Source: Candidatus Aenigmatarchaeota archaeon (lineage in GTDB: Archaea; Aenigmatarchaeota; Aenigmatarchaeia; QMZP01). From it: DNA of 37,559 bases. The position numbers and the translations under genes were made by a program. Shown here one piece after another: positions 35,209 through 37,559 of the stretch. Each line of letters starts with the position of its first letter. The stretch's first letter is position 1. A model generated the notes under the pieces. That model was given only the letters and a program-made list of their open reading frames with translations. It made no database searches and had not been told where the DNA came from. Where the stretch lies: NCBI GenBank assembly GCA_017609145.1, contig JAFCEM010000001.1, positions 1-37,559 on the forward strand, read 5' to 3'.

Positions 35209-36783
35209 ATGAATAAAAAAACATTGATTTCCCTGTTGCTCTGCATGGTATGGGTAATCGTTTTTGCGGAAAGTGCCTTTGCCGCCCAGCTGGTCGTGGA
35301 AAAGGACGTGGCTACCCGTGACATAGCAGTCGGGGACGGCATTGAGATAATGCTCAGGTTCTCAAACCCCTTCGGAAAGCCTGTTAGGATACAGATACAG
35401 GACAAGAATGTGATTGCCGGGAACGGCCTTGACATCCAGTGTTTCGAATACACATTACCAACTGATGCATCAAGCACAATTTCGTACAGCCAGAAGATAA
35501 CCGCCTTCCAGTCCGGCGACTTCACCCTCGGAAAGGCAACGATTACATATACTAACCCTGAAACTGGCAAGGAGGAGCAGGTCCAGTCAAACGACCTGAA
35601 TCTGGAAGTGAAGCAGTCCCAGACTCAGCAAAACCTCCAGCAACAGGGGATAACAACTGTTTACCAGTGCGGGGGGGTGAGCATGACTTCCACTTCGTAT
35701 TCCTCAAGCGGCTCTTCCACAAACATCCAGATAAGCAGCGGATTCAACCAGAATCCCGGTCAGCAACAGAGCCAGAGCCCCGATAACATCCAGCAGCAGA
35801 GCCAGGACATAGGCACCATAAAACAGCAGATGCAGAAGCAAATGGAGGAGGAAGAGAGGAACAGGGAACGCCTTGAAAGCATAATCAACCAGAGCGAACA
35901 GTTCCGAGAAGCCGAGGAGCAGATCCTGAAAGACGGGTATCAGCCTGATACAAAGTCCATAAACCCGGATTCGAGTTCATCGGGCTCCTTCAAATATGCA
36001 TACAAAAAAGAAAACGGTGACACAGCGGAAATAAGCGGAAAGGTAGCCGACAATGAAATAACCGAACTAAGAAAATGGAGCAGGGAGGATGCGGAGAGGC
36101 TCGCCGAACTTCTTGAGAACAGCACGGAGTTCAGGCGGCTGCACCAACAGTTAACCAGCCAGGGATACAACATAAGCTCGAAGCTGTTCACTGAGCCGGA
36201 AGAAAACATATCGGATTTTGACTACGGATACGAGAAACCGGAATCTTTGGAAAAATCCATAGCTGGTAACATCACGCTTACGGGGAACATAATCTCAATA
36301 GGCATACAAGGAGAGGACGACACGTACTCATGGTGGGTTGTGCCCGTAATCCTGCTGACAACTTTGCTGGCTTTAATGATTTACAGGAAATATTTGAGGA
36401 AGGAGAAACCTGTGGCAGGAGAGGTTAAAAATGTGGTGAACACCATTGATTTCCGCAAAGATGCATTAAAAATGATCGAAGAGGCCGAAAGCATGTTTTC
36501 CAAGGGGATGACAAATGAGGCCTATACCAAGGTTTCGGAAGGTGTGAGGCACTATTTCAAGCACGTGCTGAATTCGGGAAAGGAGGAGCTGACGAGCACG
36601 GACATACTGAAGAAGATAAAAGATAAAGCCAATTATAAAGAAGCTAGGGAATGCTTCGAACTGTGCGACCTTGTGAAATTCGCCAAATACAAACCCAACA
36701 GAAAGGATTTCATGGAAGCTGTCAAAAAAGGCAAGGGGCTGGTTATAGCTCATGACATCAAAGCAGATAAGCAAATTTATTGA
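35209..36783 (+). CDS. BatD-like / oxygen-tolerance-family membrane protein with Q/S-rich linker and DUF4381-like cytoplasmic tail
   Basis: 524 aa from the ATG at 35209, which lies 6 nt after the GAGGTG at 35197-35202. It has the signal peptide MNKKTLISLLLCMVWVIVFAESAFA, a beta-rich CARDB/DUF11-like domain, a Q/S low-complexity segment, a coiled coil, the TM segment WWVVPVILLTTLLALMIY and a helical tail (...ELTSTDILKKI...CDLVKFAKYKP). Confidence 0.6.
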   Translation: MNKKTLISLLLCMVWVIVFAESAFAAQLVVEKDVATRDIAVGDGIEIMLRFSNPFGKPVRIQIQDKNVIAGNGLDIQCFEYTLPTDASSTISYSQKITAFQSGDFTLGKATITYTNPETGKEEQVQSNDLNLEVKQSQTQQNLQQQGITTVYQCGGVSMTSTSYSSSGSSTNIQISSGFNQNPGQQQSQSPDNIQQQSQDIGTIKQQMQKQMEEEERNRERLESIINQSEQFREAEEQILKDGYQPDTKSINPDSSSSGSFKYAYKKENGDTAEISGKVADNEITELRKWSREDAERLAELLENSTEFRRLHQQLTSQGYNISSKLFTEPEENISDFDYGYEKPESLEKSIAGNITLTGNIISIGIQGEDDTYSWWVVPVILLTTLLALMIYRKYLRKEKPVAGEVKNVVNTIDFRKDALKMIEEAESMFSKGMTNEAYTKVSEGVRHYFKHVLNSGKEELTSTDILKKIKDKANYKEARECFELCDLVKFAKYKPNRKDFMEAVKKGKGLVIAHDIKADKQIY

Positions 36784-36965
36784 TGTCCTTGTTCGCTACG
36801 TGTGTATAAATTTGTGTGGTTTTCAAATCCTTATACCTGCTTTTCAATAAATTACGTGAAAAGATTCGGTACATTCCGCTTCGCTTCATTTCCAAAAAAT
36901 TTTTAAATGGGAAGTTAAATTTATGAATATTTAAACAACAAAATTTCTATCTTAGAGAGGTTAGC

Positions 36966-37559
36966 ATGGCAGAGAAAGACTATTACAAGATATTGGGAGT
37001 GAACAGGGACGCTTCTGAAGAGGAGATCAAGCGCGCATTCAGGCAACTTGCCAGGAAATGGCATCCCGACGTCAACCCAGGGAACAAGGACGCAGAGGAG
37101 AAATTCAAGGAGATAAACGAGGCGTTTGAGGTTCTGAAAGACCCTGAGAAAAGGTCTGCTTACGACCAGTTCGGTCATGCAGGGCTTGAGGGGGCGGGAT
37201 TCAAGCCCGAAGGCAGGGGATTCCCGAGCTTTGACGAGCTTTTCAGGAACTTCGGTTTCGGTGACATTTTCGATGTCTTTTCGGGCTTTGGTGAGAGGAA
37301 GAGGCGCTCATACGGACCTGAGCGGGGTGCTGACCTGAAATACGAATTCGAGATATCGCTCGAAGATGCTTATCATGGGCTTGAGACCGAGATAGACGTC
37401 CCGAGGTTCGAGAAATGCTCGGTATGCGGCGGCAGCGGGGCAAAGCCAGGCACCAAGCCGAAGAGATGCCCCAAGTGTGGCGGCACGGGAGAGATACGCG
37501 TTGTAAGGCGCAACGCTTTCATGCAGACCATGAACATATCTCCCTGCGATAGGTGTGGT
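36966..37559 (+). CDS. dnaJ: Co-chaperone DnaJ (Hsp40), N-terminal 198 aa; continues beyond the window
   Basis: Not in the ORF track because it has no stop in the window. The ATG at 36966 follows GAGAGGT: [71 protein letters not shown]... This is a J domain with HPD, followed by a G/F region and then the zinc-finger repeats CSVCGGSG and CPKCGGTG. Confidence 0.93.
   Translation, partial: MAEKDYYKILGVNRDASEEEIKRAFRQLARKWHPDVNPGNKDAEEKFKEINEAFEVLKDPEKRSAYDQFGHAGLEGAGFKPEGRGFPSFDELFRNFGFGDIFDVFSGFGERKRRSYGPERGADLKYEFEISLEDAYHGLETEIDVPRFEKCSVCGGSGAKPGTKPKRCPKCGGTGEIRVVRRNAFMQTMNISPCDRCG

Noticed and set aside
1-37559. Scan for CRISPR arrays, tandem repeats, transposases, integrases, rRNA genes and inteins in the large proteins (LeuRS, Hel308, DnaK, thermosome, primase).
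   Set aside because: No periodic repeat-spacer pattern or long direct repeats were seen by eye. All large proteins have normal lengths with contiguous motifs, and no recombinase-like ORF is present.

Overview
The window is an archaeal chromosomal segment. The evidence is its gene content: thermosome, aIF2 alpha and beta, ribosomal proteins L44e and S27e, SRP54, archaeo-eukaryotic primase, GINS, Hel308, Dph2, form III RuBisCO and FtsZ. A fused PriS/PriL-CTD primase, a bacterial-type LeuRS, an orphan form III RuBisCO and heavily interrupted tRNA genes together suggest a small-genome, DPANN-like lineage, but that is inference and not proof. Most of the window is tightly packed housekeeping genes. 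Three things stand out. (1) A tRNA cluster on the minus strand at 7080-7588 has two genes that are far too long. tRNA-Gly(GCC) occupies 259 nt for a 71-nt tRNA, apparently through three introns that include a 155-nt structured insert in the T-loop. tRNA-Val(UAC) carries an insert of about 69 nt in the D-loop. (2) A proteostasis supercluster spans 26.9-37.5 kb. A wHTH regulator and thermosome lie divergent from hsp20-grpE-dnaK, and a complete MoxR / DUF58 / VWA(BatA) / BatD-like module sits between dnaK and dnaJ. (3) An AT-rich block at about 20.0-22.0 kb holds six small ORFs of unknown function, including a translationally coupled pair. I saw no CRISPR array, transposase, integrase or rRNA. 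All calls come from reading the sequence and the supplied translations and recognising motifs from memory; no database search was run.
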